DNA from: Malacoraja senta
Lineage: Eukaryota
Direction of reading: 5' to 3'
DNA length: 47,179 nucleotides
Assembly (NCBI GenBank): GCA_038087875.1
Contig: JAXLNO010000036.1
Location: 62,001 to 109,179, forward strand
Shown here: piece by piece, positions 25,560-37,638 of the stretch
Layout of the letters: each line of letters opens with the position of its first letter
Numbering within the stretch: position 1 is the stretch's first letter
Position numbers and translations under genes: made by a program
The notes under the pieces: generated by a model
Told to the model about the DNA's origin: nothing
Database searches by the model: none
Seen by the model: only the letters and a program-made list of their open reading frames with translations

Positions 25560-26540
25560 GATTTAGGCTTCATGTTTAGGTTTATTATTGCCATGTGTAT
25601 TGAGGCGCGTGATAAAGCAAAGGGGGAGATACAGGATGCAGAACATAGTTGGCAGCATGATAGCGCATATGTTCCATGGACATATATCCACCAAGGTGTA
25701 GGGATGTTTTGAACAATACTCTGATAATGGAAGAGAAGAATCTATTCCTATGTGTAGTTGTGCGCTTTCGAGCGCTTGTACTTTCTACTGGACGGGAGAA
25801 GGGGTGGAAAGGAATGATCGTGTTGGGACACGGCTTTTATTATGGTTGTTGCTTTTGCGAGGCAGCGTGGTAGAGATGGAGTCTATTGTGCGAGGTCTGG
25901 TCTGTGTGATGGACTGTGCCTCATCTATAATATCTCTACAACTTCTAGCCGTCTTGGGCTGAACATTTCCCAAATTAAGCTGCGATGTATCGCGACACTA
26001 TTGTTTCTATGGTCCATCCGTAGAGGTTTGTAGAAGTTCTGTCTGTCTCCACCGAACGTTGAGTTTGCCTTCTTGTCTACCTAATCTATGTGTTTGATGC
26101 TGGACTGATCGGTGGTAATAATAACAGCAAGCAACTCGAAGCTCAACAATTTCCACTTCTGCACAATTGATGCTGATTTGGCGCGTGTACTTCACCATGA
26201 CATTCCATCTTGTTCACATCAGGGAAGTGGGTATTTTCAAGACACGATTCCAGTCAGTCCTCTCTCTCTTTCCTGCCTGTATTGCGCATCATCATTTTTC
26301 TGATCCGACACACTACAGTGGTGTTGTCTGCGAGCACGTTGACGGAGTTGGGGCCGTACTCGGCCTTGAGTCGCGAGTGTAAACGGAGAACATTACGGAA
26401 CTGAGAATGAATCCTTGTCGGGCAGCGGCGATGAGTGTTATTGTGAGGAAGTTGTTGTCACGTAACCTGACTGATTGAGGACTGTGGGCCAGAAAGTTAT
26501 GGATCTCGTGGCAGAGGAAGGATGTGATTCCGAGATCCCA
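25560..26540 (-). mobile_element. Degraded Rex1/Babar-like LINE remnant (paralogue of 17200-18135)
   Basis: Shares motifs with the 17-18 kb remnant (gtagagatggagtc.at, gtgatggactg, ggtgttgtctgc as reverse FADD, ccagagtttggagat). Confidence 0.6.
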
Positions 26541-26959
26541 GAGTTTGGAGATAACCGCCACCCCCCACCCCCAGCAGACACAGATACACATGGCCTTATG
26601 CACAATGCCAAACTCGAGTTTGTTCCTGCATTCAATATCACAATTACCGGGGTGACCTTAATTTCCACGTCTAGATCCATTAGTCTTCATTTCTTTAATG
26701 TCCACAAATATATTCGCTCCAACCCTGTTTGTACTTAACAAACGAGCATCGCTACTCTCTGGGATTGAGGGTACTGTGGGCTCAGATATATTTTCGAGAG
26801 TATTTTACACCTAACTCAGTAACTCCATGGTGAAATGTTATTCTGAAACATTGATCCAAACGTCATGATTCACAAACCCGTTGTGTAATTCTTTCAACGT
26901 CTATCCTGTCAGAGCTTCGTAGAATTCTAACATGTAAAACAAATAATTTTGCATTGATC

Positions 26960-27710
26960 CAAGTATGTTCCTGGAGGTTCCTTGGCCTTTTATGTGGGCG
27001 AGGTGGGGAGGGGGAAGGGAGAAACCGTTTCCCTGTCACTTCTTGGTCAATTCTCCGAGCCGCATCTCCCCCCCCCCCCTCTCCTCGCGGCATATCATCT
27101 GGATTGGCGCGGCCTTTCCTGCCGTAGACCGGCCAGTGCTTCATCGGCGGCACAACACTGAATTACCATCGCGGAGCGGGGCGATACCTTACTGGGTATC
27201 GCCGTGTGGAGCTCCAGAGAATTGGGCCTGCTGATTAACACCGTGGAGCTGTGGTTTGCGGGGCTTCCACCGCGGGCGGCGCTGACTTTTATCCTCGCGG
27301 AGTCTGGGCTCCTTGCCGGGGATCGCCAGCGTTGGATCTCCGCCCAGCTCGGCCTGTAGACTTCGGGAGCCGCCGTCTCCGGTAGGAATTGGCCGATTTG
27401 GAAACTCCAAGCCGCTGAAAGTGGTCTTCCGTTCCGACGCCGGTGCTCCGATCATCCCGGCGAGATGGCCCGAAACATCAGGCCGCCGTAGCGGCGACTT
27501 CGGGGCCGACTACCGGTGAACAAAGAGGAAGGGGACTGAACTTGATTTCCTTCCCTCACAGTGGGAAACGTTGATTCTGCTGTGTGGGGATGTTCATGTT
27601 AAATTCTATCGTGTATTGTGTTTTTTTTATTCGTATGGCTGTATGGTAATTCAAATCTCACTGTACCAATTGGTGCTTGTGACAATAAATGTCTCTTCAA
27701 CTCTCTGTAA
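26960..27710 (+). mobile_element. GC-rich non-autonomous interspersed repeat (SINE-like)
   Basis: CpG-rich body ending gtgacaataaatgtctc. It interrupts module A between ~26940 and ~27800; related to 6630-7395 and 34800-35455. Confidence 0.6.
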
Positions 27711-28204
27711 ACCGCAGATTAAAGAATCTTATTAATTAGAGTAATAAAAGTGACAAGTGTGTAAACGTGCCCACACCGGTCAACATGTCGTAGCTACACT
27801 AATCGATTGTTGGTCCTTTGACAACCAATTCATCCGAGGGATAAATCTGGACTTCTATCTCGGCATCTAGTCGATGATACTGTAAGTGGCGTATTCCCTA
27901 AATTAGATAGTTCGAAGGCATCATACTCTGCTGACCAAGTGCTAGTAAATGGGATTTAGTAATTGGATACTATTGATATAGACCGTTGTTGGGCCTGCTT
28001 CTCTGCTCTGTGACTCTGTGACACACGACCCAGTCTTGCACAATTCTCCACATGTGGTATCACCGTTACTAGTTATGGCAGGGGTTCGCTACTTTTCCCT
28101 TGAATGGGTCGAGTTATAATGAGAGATACGGACATTATTCCATCGAGTGCCGGAGGATGAGTGATGGTCTTATGATTATGTATAAAATCATGAGGAAAAT
28201 ATTC

Positions 28205-28452
28205 GGCTTGGGCAGTTTGCACCCTAGCGGCATAAACATTGACTTATGCAATTTCCGGTAGCCCTTGCTGTCTCCTCCCCTTCTCAGCTCTTCCTCAGCA
28301 CTTGGGCTCCTCCTCTTCCTTTCTCCTTTCTTCTCCCCGCCTCCACCCTACATCAGTCTGAAGTAGGGGTTCGGCATGAAACGTTGCCTATTTCCTTCGC
28401 TCCATAGATGCTGCTGCACCCGCTGAGTTTCTCCAGCACTTTTGTGTACCAT
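28205..28452 (+). mobile_element. Penelope-like element 3' end fragment
   Basis: atattcggcttgggcagtttgcaccctagcggcataaacattgac (IFRLGSLHP.G.NI, end of GIY-YIG ORF) plus terminal repeat; reverse-complement similar to 33130-33420. Confidence 0.8.
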
Positions 28453-29320
28453 AGATAAGGTAAATGCACTTTTACCTAGGGAATCAAAAACCATCATAGA
28501 TATCGATAACGTCTGTTTCACATGGACAATCTTAGAAGCCATCATTCCCGCTCTGATCATGAATGTCGCTTTTCTCAGATGATTAGCATTGGTAAGGCTA
28601 GGCAAATGTTTACTAGTGTGATATGTACCGAGGAATAGTGAAAAGCTTTGTTTTGCATCCTATCCACTCAGATCGGATAGCTCGTGCAGAGGAGCAAACA
28701 GTTCCAACTCAGATACATCAGATAGACCAATGGGAATGTACAGAATACAAAATATTGTTCGTGATGTTATGCTCAATATTGCCTTTTATTTCAATGAATC
28801 CCAGAATTGTCCGTGTGTTTGTAAGGATGAATATCATTTGCTCAGCCCACATTGCATAATTCCGTCCTCCGTAGAACTGGTCATGTGCAGTTGGTGAATT
28901 CGAGCTGTAAAAACTCAAAGTTAGTACAATGTGCAAAACGTATCATTTGACTGTGCCGAGGTCCACAGCTGGAACGATGTATGATGCGTTGCTTCTGTGA
29001 GCCATGAGACATTCCGCTGGGTTCGTGGTGTTGTGAACAATAAAGATGCGAAGGGCATTAGGTTTTAGCCACGTTTATTGTTATCACATGTATCAAGGTA
29101 CAGTCTAAAACTTGGTTGTGCCTGCTGTCCAAACTGATCAGCTATAGCATATACAGATTCAATCAGTTCAAACACGAGGACACAGAGAGGTGAGTCTTTG
29201 TATAAACAAAGACGGTGGTCAGTATGTGTCTATGGCTATGTAAATAGATAAAGCAAAGTGAACGATACAGAGTGCAGAACACAGTTTTCACCATTGTATC
29301 GCATCGTTGTTCATCAGTTT

Positions 29321-30460
29321 GTGAGACAACGCCCAATACCACAATGGGTTGGAGGCTGTTGTGAGACAATGCCCAATGCTACAATGGGTTAGAGGCTGTT
29401 GTGAGACAATGCCCAATGCTACAATGGGTTAGAGGCTGTTGTGAGACAACGCCCAATGCCACAATGGGTTAGAGGCTGTTGTGAGACAATGCCCAATGCC
29501 ACAATGGGTTAGAGGCTGTTGTGAGACAACGCCCAATGCCACAACGGGTTAGAGGCTGTTGTGAGACAACGCCCAATGCCACAATGGGTTGGAGGCTGTT
29601 GTGAGACAATGCCCAATGCCACAATGGGTTAGAGGCTGTTGTGAGACAATGCCCAATGCCACAATGGGTTAGAGGCTGTTGTGAGACAACGCCCAATGCC
29701 ACAATGGGTTAGAGGCTGTTGTGAGACAATGCCCAATGCCACAATGGGTTAGAGGCTGTTGTGAGACAACGCCCAATGCCACAATGGGTTAGAGGCTGTT
29801 GTGAGACAATGCCCAATGCCACAATGGGTTAGAGGCTGTTGTGAGAGAACGCCCAATGCCACAACGGGTTAGAGGCTGTTGTGAGACAACGCCCAATGCC
29901 ACAATGGGTTGGAGGCTGTTGTGAGACAATGCCCAATGCCACAATGGGTTAGAGGCTGTTGTGAGACAAGGCCCAATGCCACAATGGGGTAGAGGCTGTT
30001 GTGAGACAAGGCCCAATGCCACAATGGGTTAGAGGCTGTTGTGAGACAACGCCCACAATGGGTTAGAGGCTGTTGTGAGACAAGGCCCAATGCCACAATG
30101 GGTTAGAGGCTGTTGTGAGACAATCACCAATGCCACAATGGGTTAGAGGCTGTTATGAGACAAGGCCCAATGCCACAATGGGTTAGAGGCTGTTGTGAGA
30201 CAACGCCCAATGCCACAATGGGTTAGAGGCTGTTGTGGGACAACGCCCAATGCCACAATGGGTTAGAGGCTGTTGTGAGACAAAGCCCAATGCCACAATG
30301 GGTTAGAGGCTGTTGTGGGACAATGCCCAATGCCACAATGGGTTAGAAGCTGTTGTGGGACAACGCCCAATGCCACAATGGGTTAGAGGCTGTTGTGGGA
30401 CAACGCCCAATGCCACAATGGGTTAGAGGCTGTTGTGAGACAAAGCCCAATGCCACAATG
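29321..30460. repeat. 40-bp minisatellite, ~28 units
   Basis: Same unit and flanks as 1551-1915. Confidence 0.97.
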
Positions 30461-31434
30461 TGCCCGTCGGAAACCAGCACAACTGCGTAGCTAATGTTTT
30501 CTAGGATGATGAATGAATGAAGTTAGAGGCAAATTGAACAGAACCCCAACTATGGAGGTAATGTTCAGAGGCCTGATAACGGAGGATAATAATCTATTCG
30601 TATGTCCCGTGGTGCGCAGTTTCAGAACTGAGCTCGGACTCAATCATTTCATATCTGATTACATTACTCTTCATTTCCCCATCGTCAAAAAAAACGTGTT
30701 CGCCCAGCCAGATTTGTACTTGATAAATGAGCATCATTATTTTCTGGGTAGGAGGTACAGTGTATTCAGATATGTTTGCCAGGATAAATTCCATCTTATC
30801 CCAGTCACTCAAATCGTATTCTGAAACATTTATCCTAACTAGATTATCCAGCGACCCTTTTTGTATTTATGTGAATATCCATCCTGTCAAGGCCTCTCAG
30901 AAGCCGACATTTAATGTGTCAATAAAAGTACTTGTCGTTGTTCCAAACTGAACAGAGTAGAAGACTGATAAACTGTTGGTCCTTTGACGGGCATTTTTTC
31001 CGAGGGATAAATCCCTACTTCAGTCTCTGCACCGAGCGGAAGATGCGCATCGTGTTCCCTGAAATATGTAACGACAAAGCATAACAGTCTGCGGCCAAGG
31101 GGAAAGGGGTAACTACAGAGAGAGTGGGACCTCTCATGAATCAAAGCGGTCACCCCTGTGTGGAGCCAAAGGAGATGGACAAGATCCTCAATGAGTATCT
31201 CTCCTCTGTATTTATCAAGGAGAAAAACGGAGATAAAAATGTGTCGATGTCGGAGGACCTTGGGACAGTCAATGGGTGTGTTTTGAGAGCTGTCAGTGTT
31301 ACCGTCGAAGAAGTACAGAAGGTTCTATCGTGTATCAAGATAGACAAATCTCCTGGGCTTGATCAGACATATCCGAGGACATTGTACGAAACTAGAGTGG
31401 GAATAGCGGGAGCCCAGGTTGAAATTCACGAGCC

Positions 31435-32089
31435 AATAGACAATAGACAATGGGTGCGGGAGAAGGCCATTCGCCCCTTCGAGCCAGCACCGCCGTTCAC
31501 TGTGATCATGGCTAATCATTCACATTCAGTACCCGTTTCTGCCTTCTTCCCATATCTCTTGACTCTGCTATGTTTAAGAGCTCTATCTAACTCTCTCTTG
31601 AAAGCATCCAGAGAATTGGCCTCCACTGCCTTCTGAGGCAGAGAATTCCACAGATTCGCAACTCTCCGGGTGAAATAGTGTTTCCTCATCTCCGTTCTAA
31701 ATGGCCTACCCCTTATTCTTAAACTGTGACCCCTGGTTCTGGACTCTCCCAAAATCGGGAACACGTTTTTTGCCTCTATCGTGTCCAATCCTTTAATAAT
31801 CTTACACGTTTCAAATAAGATCCCCTCTCATCCTTCTAAATTCCAGTGTATACAAACCCTGTCGCTCTATTCTTTCAACATATGAGAGTCCTACCATCCA
31901 GGGAATTAACCTGGTGAACCTACGCTGCACTCCCTCAATAGCAATAACGTCCTTTCTCAAAATTGGAGACCAAAACGACACACAATACTCCAGGAGTTGT
32001 CTCACCAGGGCCCTGTCCAATTGTAGAAGGACCTCTTTGTTCCTATACCCAACTCCTCTTGTTATGAAGGCCAACATGCCATTAGCTTT
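31435..32089 (-). mobile_element. CR1 3' end fragment
   Basis: ORFs 31811-32170 and 31516-31788 give the CR1 ORF2 C-terminus; (CAATAGA)n tail at 31434-31450. Confidence 0.9.
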
Positions 32090-32318
32090 TGTGACAATAT
32101 CCATGTAATTTATGCATATGAGCAGTACATAGTCTCGCACATGCTCAGCCTCGCGCATATTATTATGCAAATCAGTCAGTGACCTTTAACTTGGAAATAA
32201 ATCATTCTTGCTTTTGATCCCAACACGAGTGTGTGTGGAGCCATCTTTCCCCGTCTAATATGTGCTAGTTTTACCTACGCCGTAAGCAGACACATATCAA
32301 AACATGGTTGCAGCGGTG
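32090..32318 (+). mobile_element. LTR (32090-32304) plus tRNA-Leu-type PBS
   Basis: TG...CA ends, AATAAA at ~32196, followed by TGGTTGCAGCGGTG; near-identical to 6052-6278. Confidence 0.8.
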
Positions 32319-33126
32319 AAAGTGAGGATTTTTGGATAAAATGAACGCTATGATGATTATGATTGTTCAAGGGTGATGACACACACTCTTAAGGGAATTG
32401 AAGGTGTGGTGTGTTACTTGGATGACACCCTCATCTCAGCCCCTGACAGGCAGGCACACGATGAAAGGTTGGAAGATGTACTCAAACGACTTGATACACA
32501 CAGTGTAAGAGTGAAGGCACAGAAGTGTGAGTTCTTTCAGAACTCGGCAGAGTACTTGGGTCATAAGATAGACAAGAATGATCTACACCCCACCAAGGGT
32601 AAAGTTGATGCGATCAAGAACGCGCCCACTCCCAGAAACATATCTGAGATCCGATCCTTTTTAGGATTAGTGCATTATTATGGGAAGTTGGTGCCAAATC
32701 TGTTCACCTGTTTACATCCCTTGAACGAGCTTTTGTGAAAAGATGTACCATGGAAGTGGACACGTGAATGTGATCAAGCTTTCAAGCCATGTAAACCTCA
32801 GTTGGCAGAGAGTACAATGCTTGTTCATAAATAAGCCAATGAAGTTAGCATGTTATGCTCCACCATACGGTGTTGGGGCTGTGATGTCTCGTGTGCTAGA
32901 TAATGGATGGGAGAGGCCAATAGCATTTGCATCTTGAACACCCAATGTCAGTGTGATAAATTGTGCGCAAATACAGCGAGAGGTTCTTGCTTTCATTTTG
33001 TCGTTAGGAGGTTTCACAAATATTTGTATTGTAGAGGGTTTCTAATCGAGACAGGTCACCAGCCGTTGATAGTGATCCCAAATACAAAAGCACACATACC
33101 AACTCTGGCAGCAGTCAGAATGCAAA

Positions 33127-33630
33127 TTGTTTTAGAGGGAACTGCAGATGCTGGAAAATCGAAGGTACACAAAAATGCTGGAGAAACTCATGGGATGCAG
33201 GAGCATCTATGGAGCGAAGGAAATAGGCAACGTTTCGGGCCGAACCCTTCTTCAGACTGATGGGGGGTGGGGGGGGAGGCGGGGAGAAGAAAGGAAAAAG
33301 GAGCAGGAGGAGCCCGGGGGCTGAGGGAGAGGTAGGGGGGTGGAGGAGACTGCAAGGGTTAACTGAATTGTGAGTATTCAATGTTCATGCCAAGAGGATG
33401 CAGACTACCCAAGCGGAATATGAGGTGCTGGTCCTCCAATTTCCGATGTTGCTCACTCTGGCCATGGAGGAGGCCCAGGACACAGAGGTCGCATTCGGAA
33501 TGGGAGGGGGAGTTGAAGTGCTGAGCCACCGGGAGTTCAGGTTGGTTAATGCGGACCGAGCGGAGGTGTTCGGCGAAACGATCGCCAAGCATACGCTTGG
33601 TCTCACCGATATAGATCAGCTGACATCTAG
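33127..33630 (-). mobile_element. Penelope-like element 3' fragment (GIY-YIG endonuclease) nested in Gypsy pol
   Basis: ORF 33359-33706 reads LIYIGETKR.LGDRFAEHLRSV...PVAQHFNSPSHS. CAGAATGCAAA is duplicated at 33116-33126 and 33634-33644, and the pol frame (RMQ|RWAL) resumes after it. Confidence 0.93.
33226..33260 (-). ncRNA. Minimal hammerhead-ribozyme-like core in the Penelope terminal repeat
   Basis: Minus strand TCAGT CTGAAGA A GGG TTCGG CCC GAAA CGTT GCC, i.e. CUGANGA, a short stem II and GAAAC. Confidence 0.6.
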
Positions 33631-34799
33631 AGCCAGAATGCAAAGATGGGCATTGATATTGTCTGCATACCAGTATGATATTCAGTATCGCAAGGCAGCA
33701 GAGCACACCAATGCTGATGCCATGTCTATATTACCTTTGGAATCAGAGGTTTCCCCAAACAGAGAGGACTTGTTTAATTTCTCTCATGTAGACGAGACGG
33801 GACATTCGGAAGACTTCTCGCACTGATATAGTTTTGTCAAGAGTGCTGCAAATTGTCGCAAATGGATGGCCAAACAAATTGCCGGATTCACAGGCAGAAC
33901 TGAAAATATTATTTGTACGTAGGAATGAACTCTCAGTCGACCAAGATTGTGCCATGTGGGGTGCGAGAATTGTAATCCCTTAAAAAATGGAATAAAATTG
34001 TTAGGAGATCTTCATGATCAGAATTTGGGAATGTGTCTAACAAAGAGTCTAGCTAGAAACCATCTATGGTGGCCTGGTGTAGATAAGGACATAAAACAAA
34101 CTGTGAAAGGGTGTAGCACATGTCAAGTAGTTGGAAAGAATCCACCAACAGTACCGCTACAGCCATGGAAATGGCCGGTTAGAGGGTGGCAAAGATTACT
34201 CGTGGACTTTGCAGAGTTAGATGGACAATAATTGTTCATTATGATTGATAGTCACTCCAAGTGGGTTGAGGTTTTTCCGATGAGCAAAACGACATCCAGC
34301 AAAACAATAGACATTTTGCGAGGATTGTTTGCGTCCTATGGATTTCCAGAGGAAATTGTGTCTGCTAACGGACCTCAATTCTGTTCACAAGAGTTTGCAC
34401 AATTCATGAAATGGAATGGTGTAAAACACACTAGAGTCATTCCATACCATTCCGCTTCAAATGGAGCAGCAGAACGCACAGTGCAAATTGTAAAACGTAA
34501 TTTAGTCAAACTGCTGGATCCAAATCCAAAGGAAAAAAAGTTGTCTCTGTCTCACAAACTGGCTAACTTTCTGATTACATATCGAAACACACCTCACACC
34601 ACTACTGATCAAACGCCAGGTGAACTGTTCTTGAAGAGAAAACCAAGCACAAGGTTTTCACTGCTGAAACCAAACTTGGCTCAAACAGTAGAAAAGAAGC
34701 AGGAAAAAAAAGCATATCATGCACAGAAGTAGATAAAGGAAAGGAGTGTTGAGTGGAATCAGAAGTTAAAGGTGAAAAACATCATCACAAGTGGGTACT

Positions 34800-35455
34800 C
34801 GTAGAACATCCGGTGGCGCCCTAGGACATCCGGTCGCGCTGTTACTAGCTGCCTCAGCCCACATTCTGGTTGTCTTTTGAATTTTGTTATGTTCAGAGTG
34901 TTTTTTGTTTGTTTATTTCAGTACTTTATGTGGGGGGAAGCGGGTAGGGTAAGGGGGGGAACCGTCCTTCAGTCGCTTCCTGGCGAGGATGCGGCTATTA
35001 TCCGAGTCGCGACCTCGCCCCCCCCCCCCCAATCCCACCTCCCCTCGCGGCATACCAACGGGGACCGGACCAGAGCTTCAGCAGCTGCGGCGCTGCGCTC
35101 GATATATCGCGGAGCGGGCGAGGCGTTACCTGGGATCGCCGCATGGAGCTCCGGAGTGTTGGGCCGCTGCTCCAGCATCGCGGAGCTGTCCTAACGCGGG
35201 CGGAGCTCCTAACGCGGGCGGAGCTGACTTAAACATCGCAAAGTCCTGGGACCATTTGCCGGGGGTCGCCATCGCGAATCTCCGCGCAGCGCGGCCTGTG
35301 GACATCGGGAGCCGCGGACTCCGGTGGAAGGTGGAAGGTGGCCGATTCAGAGGCACAGGCCGCTGAGGATGTTCTCCCGTTCGACGTCGGGGTTCCATCG
35401 CTCCCGGCGAGAGGGCCTCAACATCGGGCCGCCCGTGGCGGCGACTACGGGGTTC
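34800..35455 (+). mobile_element. GC-rich SINE-like insertion inside the Gypsy 3' region
   Basis: Abrupt switch to CpG-rich sequence with a T-rich leader like 6630-7395 (reverse) and 26960-27710. Confidence 0.55.
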
Positions 35456-35685
35456 AAGTGTGGTTGACGGTCTACAAAATTGACTGATAGACTGGAATCT
35501 ATGAATGTAGGTTAAAAGGAAGTCTTGACTCGATAAAAAATGAGTCCAAGTGGTTCTAAACAGTCAGAAACTTTTGGTCAGAAATTATATACAGACAAAA
35601 GGAGAAATCCGGTGGTTAGGTTTAATTTGTGAAGTTTAATTTCATAAGTTTACCTAATTTCATGTATTATTATTGGTCAGTAAAT

Positions 35686-37195
35686 ATTAAAAAATATGAT
35701 TCAACTGATGGATAACTCCGCCCAGCAAGTGGACTGGATTGTAATGGAGAAAGAGGATTGCTCCTCTGGAAACATTGGAGCGATCCTCCTCTCTCCAATG
35801 AAACTGAATAATATAAATTGTAATAAGAACCCAATTATTCATAGCACAATCCGAATTTGGAAACAAATAAAACAAAATTTAAAATTAAGAAATTTATCAC
35901 TTTTATCACCCATAGTTAATAACCCTTCGTATTATAGATAAAGCTTTTACACATTGGGATAGACTAGGAATTAAAACGTTCGGTGACTTGTATGAAACTG
36001 GAAAATTTCTTTCATTTCAACAATTACAAATAAAATATAAACTCGGAAATAATCAATATTTTAAATATTTTCAAATATGCGACTATTTGAAAAAATATAC
36101 AAAAGATCATTATAATAACCCAGCAGATGTATTGGATGAGGCAATGCAGATAAAAGCTCAATCAGCAAACTTAATATCATATTTGTATAATATTATCTTA
36201 AATGTACAAATACCATCTACGGAGGGTATCAGAAGAGTCTGGGAACAAGAGTTAGCTATTAAAATTTCAAAGGAAAGTTGGAATGAACACTTATTAAACG
36301 TGCATAAATGTTCGATTAATGTAAGACACACTTTAATACAATTTAAAATTTTACATAGATTATATTACTCCAAAACTAAAATCCATAAAATTTTCCCAAA
36401 TGTATCATCTATTTGTGATAAGTGTCAATCCCAAGAAGCTACTATAGCGCACTCATTCGTTTTCTGTACAAAAATTCAAAAATTTTGGAATGAAATTTTC
36501 AAAATCATTACAAAATTATTTAAAATAAAACTGATACCCAAAGCAGAATGGATTATCTTCGGAATAACGGAAGATGGTCCAGAACTAAATGTGTTTCAAA
36601 AGAAACTAATAGACTGTGGGTTAATAACTGGAAAAAAGCTAATCCTAAAATTTTGGAAGAAGGCTCCAATACCAACTATAAACATGTGGATTTCAAATAT
36701 GTTCGAAACATTACACCTAGACGAGATAAGACTCCTCCTGGCAGGTAAACCAGATCACTTCCACCTGACGTGGTCTGCATTTATAGAATTATTACAAATA
36801 TAGGGTGCAAAGGTACCTTAAAAAAATTGAGGTCAGGTAATGGGGAATGATAGTTGAAGAGTTGGTATGTCCCATTTGCGTAATGCTCATAAAAATTATT
36901 TGTTTCTCTCTTTTTCCTCTTTCTCTTTATCCTTCTTTTCTAGGGTCTATTTCTTAACTCTTTTTCTTTTGTTTTTAATTTTGTTCTTATAGGGTCTTCG
37001 TTCTTTCTTGTTGTCACATTTTCTACACTCTCACTTTTTCCTTCACTTTCTTCATTCTTTCAATCTTATCCTTTCCTTTTACTAGTGTAAAATACAAACG
37101 GAGTACATTAATTGTAAGAAGACATAAGTGACGAGTACTAATGTATGTGGTTGTAATGTAATGTACTTCTAATAAATACAAAATTAAAAAAATAT
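35686..37195 (+). mobile_element. 5'-truncated L1/Tx1-clade LINE, ORF2 C-terminal part and 3' UTR
   Basis: ORFs 35696-35941 and 35988-36803 (QFKILHRLY, CDKC...HSFVFC). Highly similar to 5021-5897; AATAAA and an A/TA tail at ~37171-37235. Confidence 0.92.
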
Positions 37196-37501
37196 ATATA
37201 TATATATATTTATGTATATATATATGTATATATATAATTTTTCTTCGTTTATTATTCATTTTCATCTTTTCTTTCTTCTTTTTTTAATCGTTCGAAATAA
37301 AAGATATCAAATTCAAATTCAAATTTGGGAAATGCACAGATCATTGCATATGCAACATATATGCCTGATCCCCTCATTTTGTTCAGGTTATATAAAAGTA
37401 AAGTATTATAAAAGATTGTAATATATTCATACCATTTTTATTATATTTAAAAATGTCAACAATGTTATATTTAAAAATCTCAAGGCGATAACGTTTTCAT
37501 T

Positions 37502-37638
37502 AAGGTGGGAGTTGTAATAGCGCCACCTTTAGTTGGAGCATTGTATATGGTTGAATAAACCACGGTGCAGCTGTGCAGTCATGTTCCTTTCACCAGTGAG
37601 TTAACTTGTTATTCTGTGTCTGAGCTCAATATATCTCA
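37502..37638 (+). mobile_element. Putative polypurine tract plus 3' LTR of the Gypsy pol remnant
   Basis: AAGGTGGGAG immediately before TGTAATAG (37513), AATAAA at 37554, ends ATATCTCA (37638); lies downstream of an AT-rich 3' UTR. Confidence 0.5.

Larger units (their letters stand above)
32362..35631 (+). pseudogene. Gypsy (Ty3) pol remnant: RT C-half, RNase H, integrase; multiple frameshifts and two nested insertions
   Basis: Motifs in order: CYLDD, EYLGH, RSFLGLV.YY, DA..YGVGAV-like, ERPIAFAS, RMQRWALILSAYQYDIQYR, H..NLG...TKSLAR...WWPG.DKDI...C..C, IDSHSKWVEV, PYH.ASNGAAER.V, YRNTPH.TT. It ends KRRNPVVRFNL* at ~35631. Confidence 0.93.

Noticed and set aside
29321..30460. CRISPR-like array (also 1551-1915 and 7520-10190)
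   Set aside because: Units are directly adjacent with no unique spacers, there are no cas genes, and the context is eukaryotic; these are minisatellites.
34877..35398. GC-rich ORFs or CpG-island promoter (also 6872-7237, 26965-27519)
   Set aside because: They lie inside interspersed inserts that interrupt older TEs; no recognisable protein.
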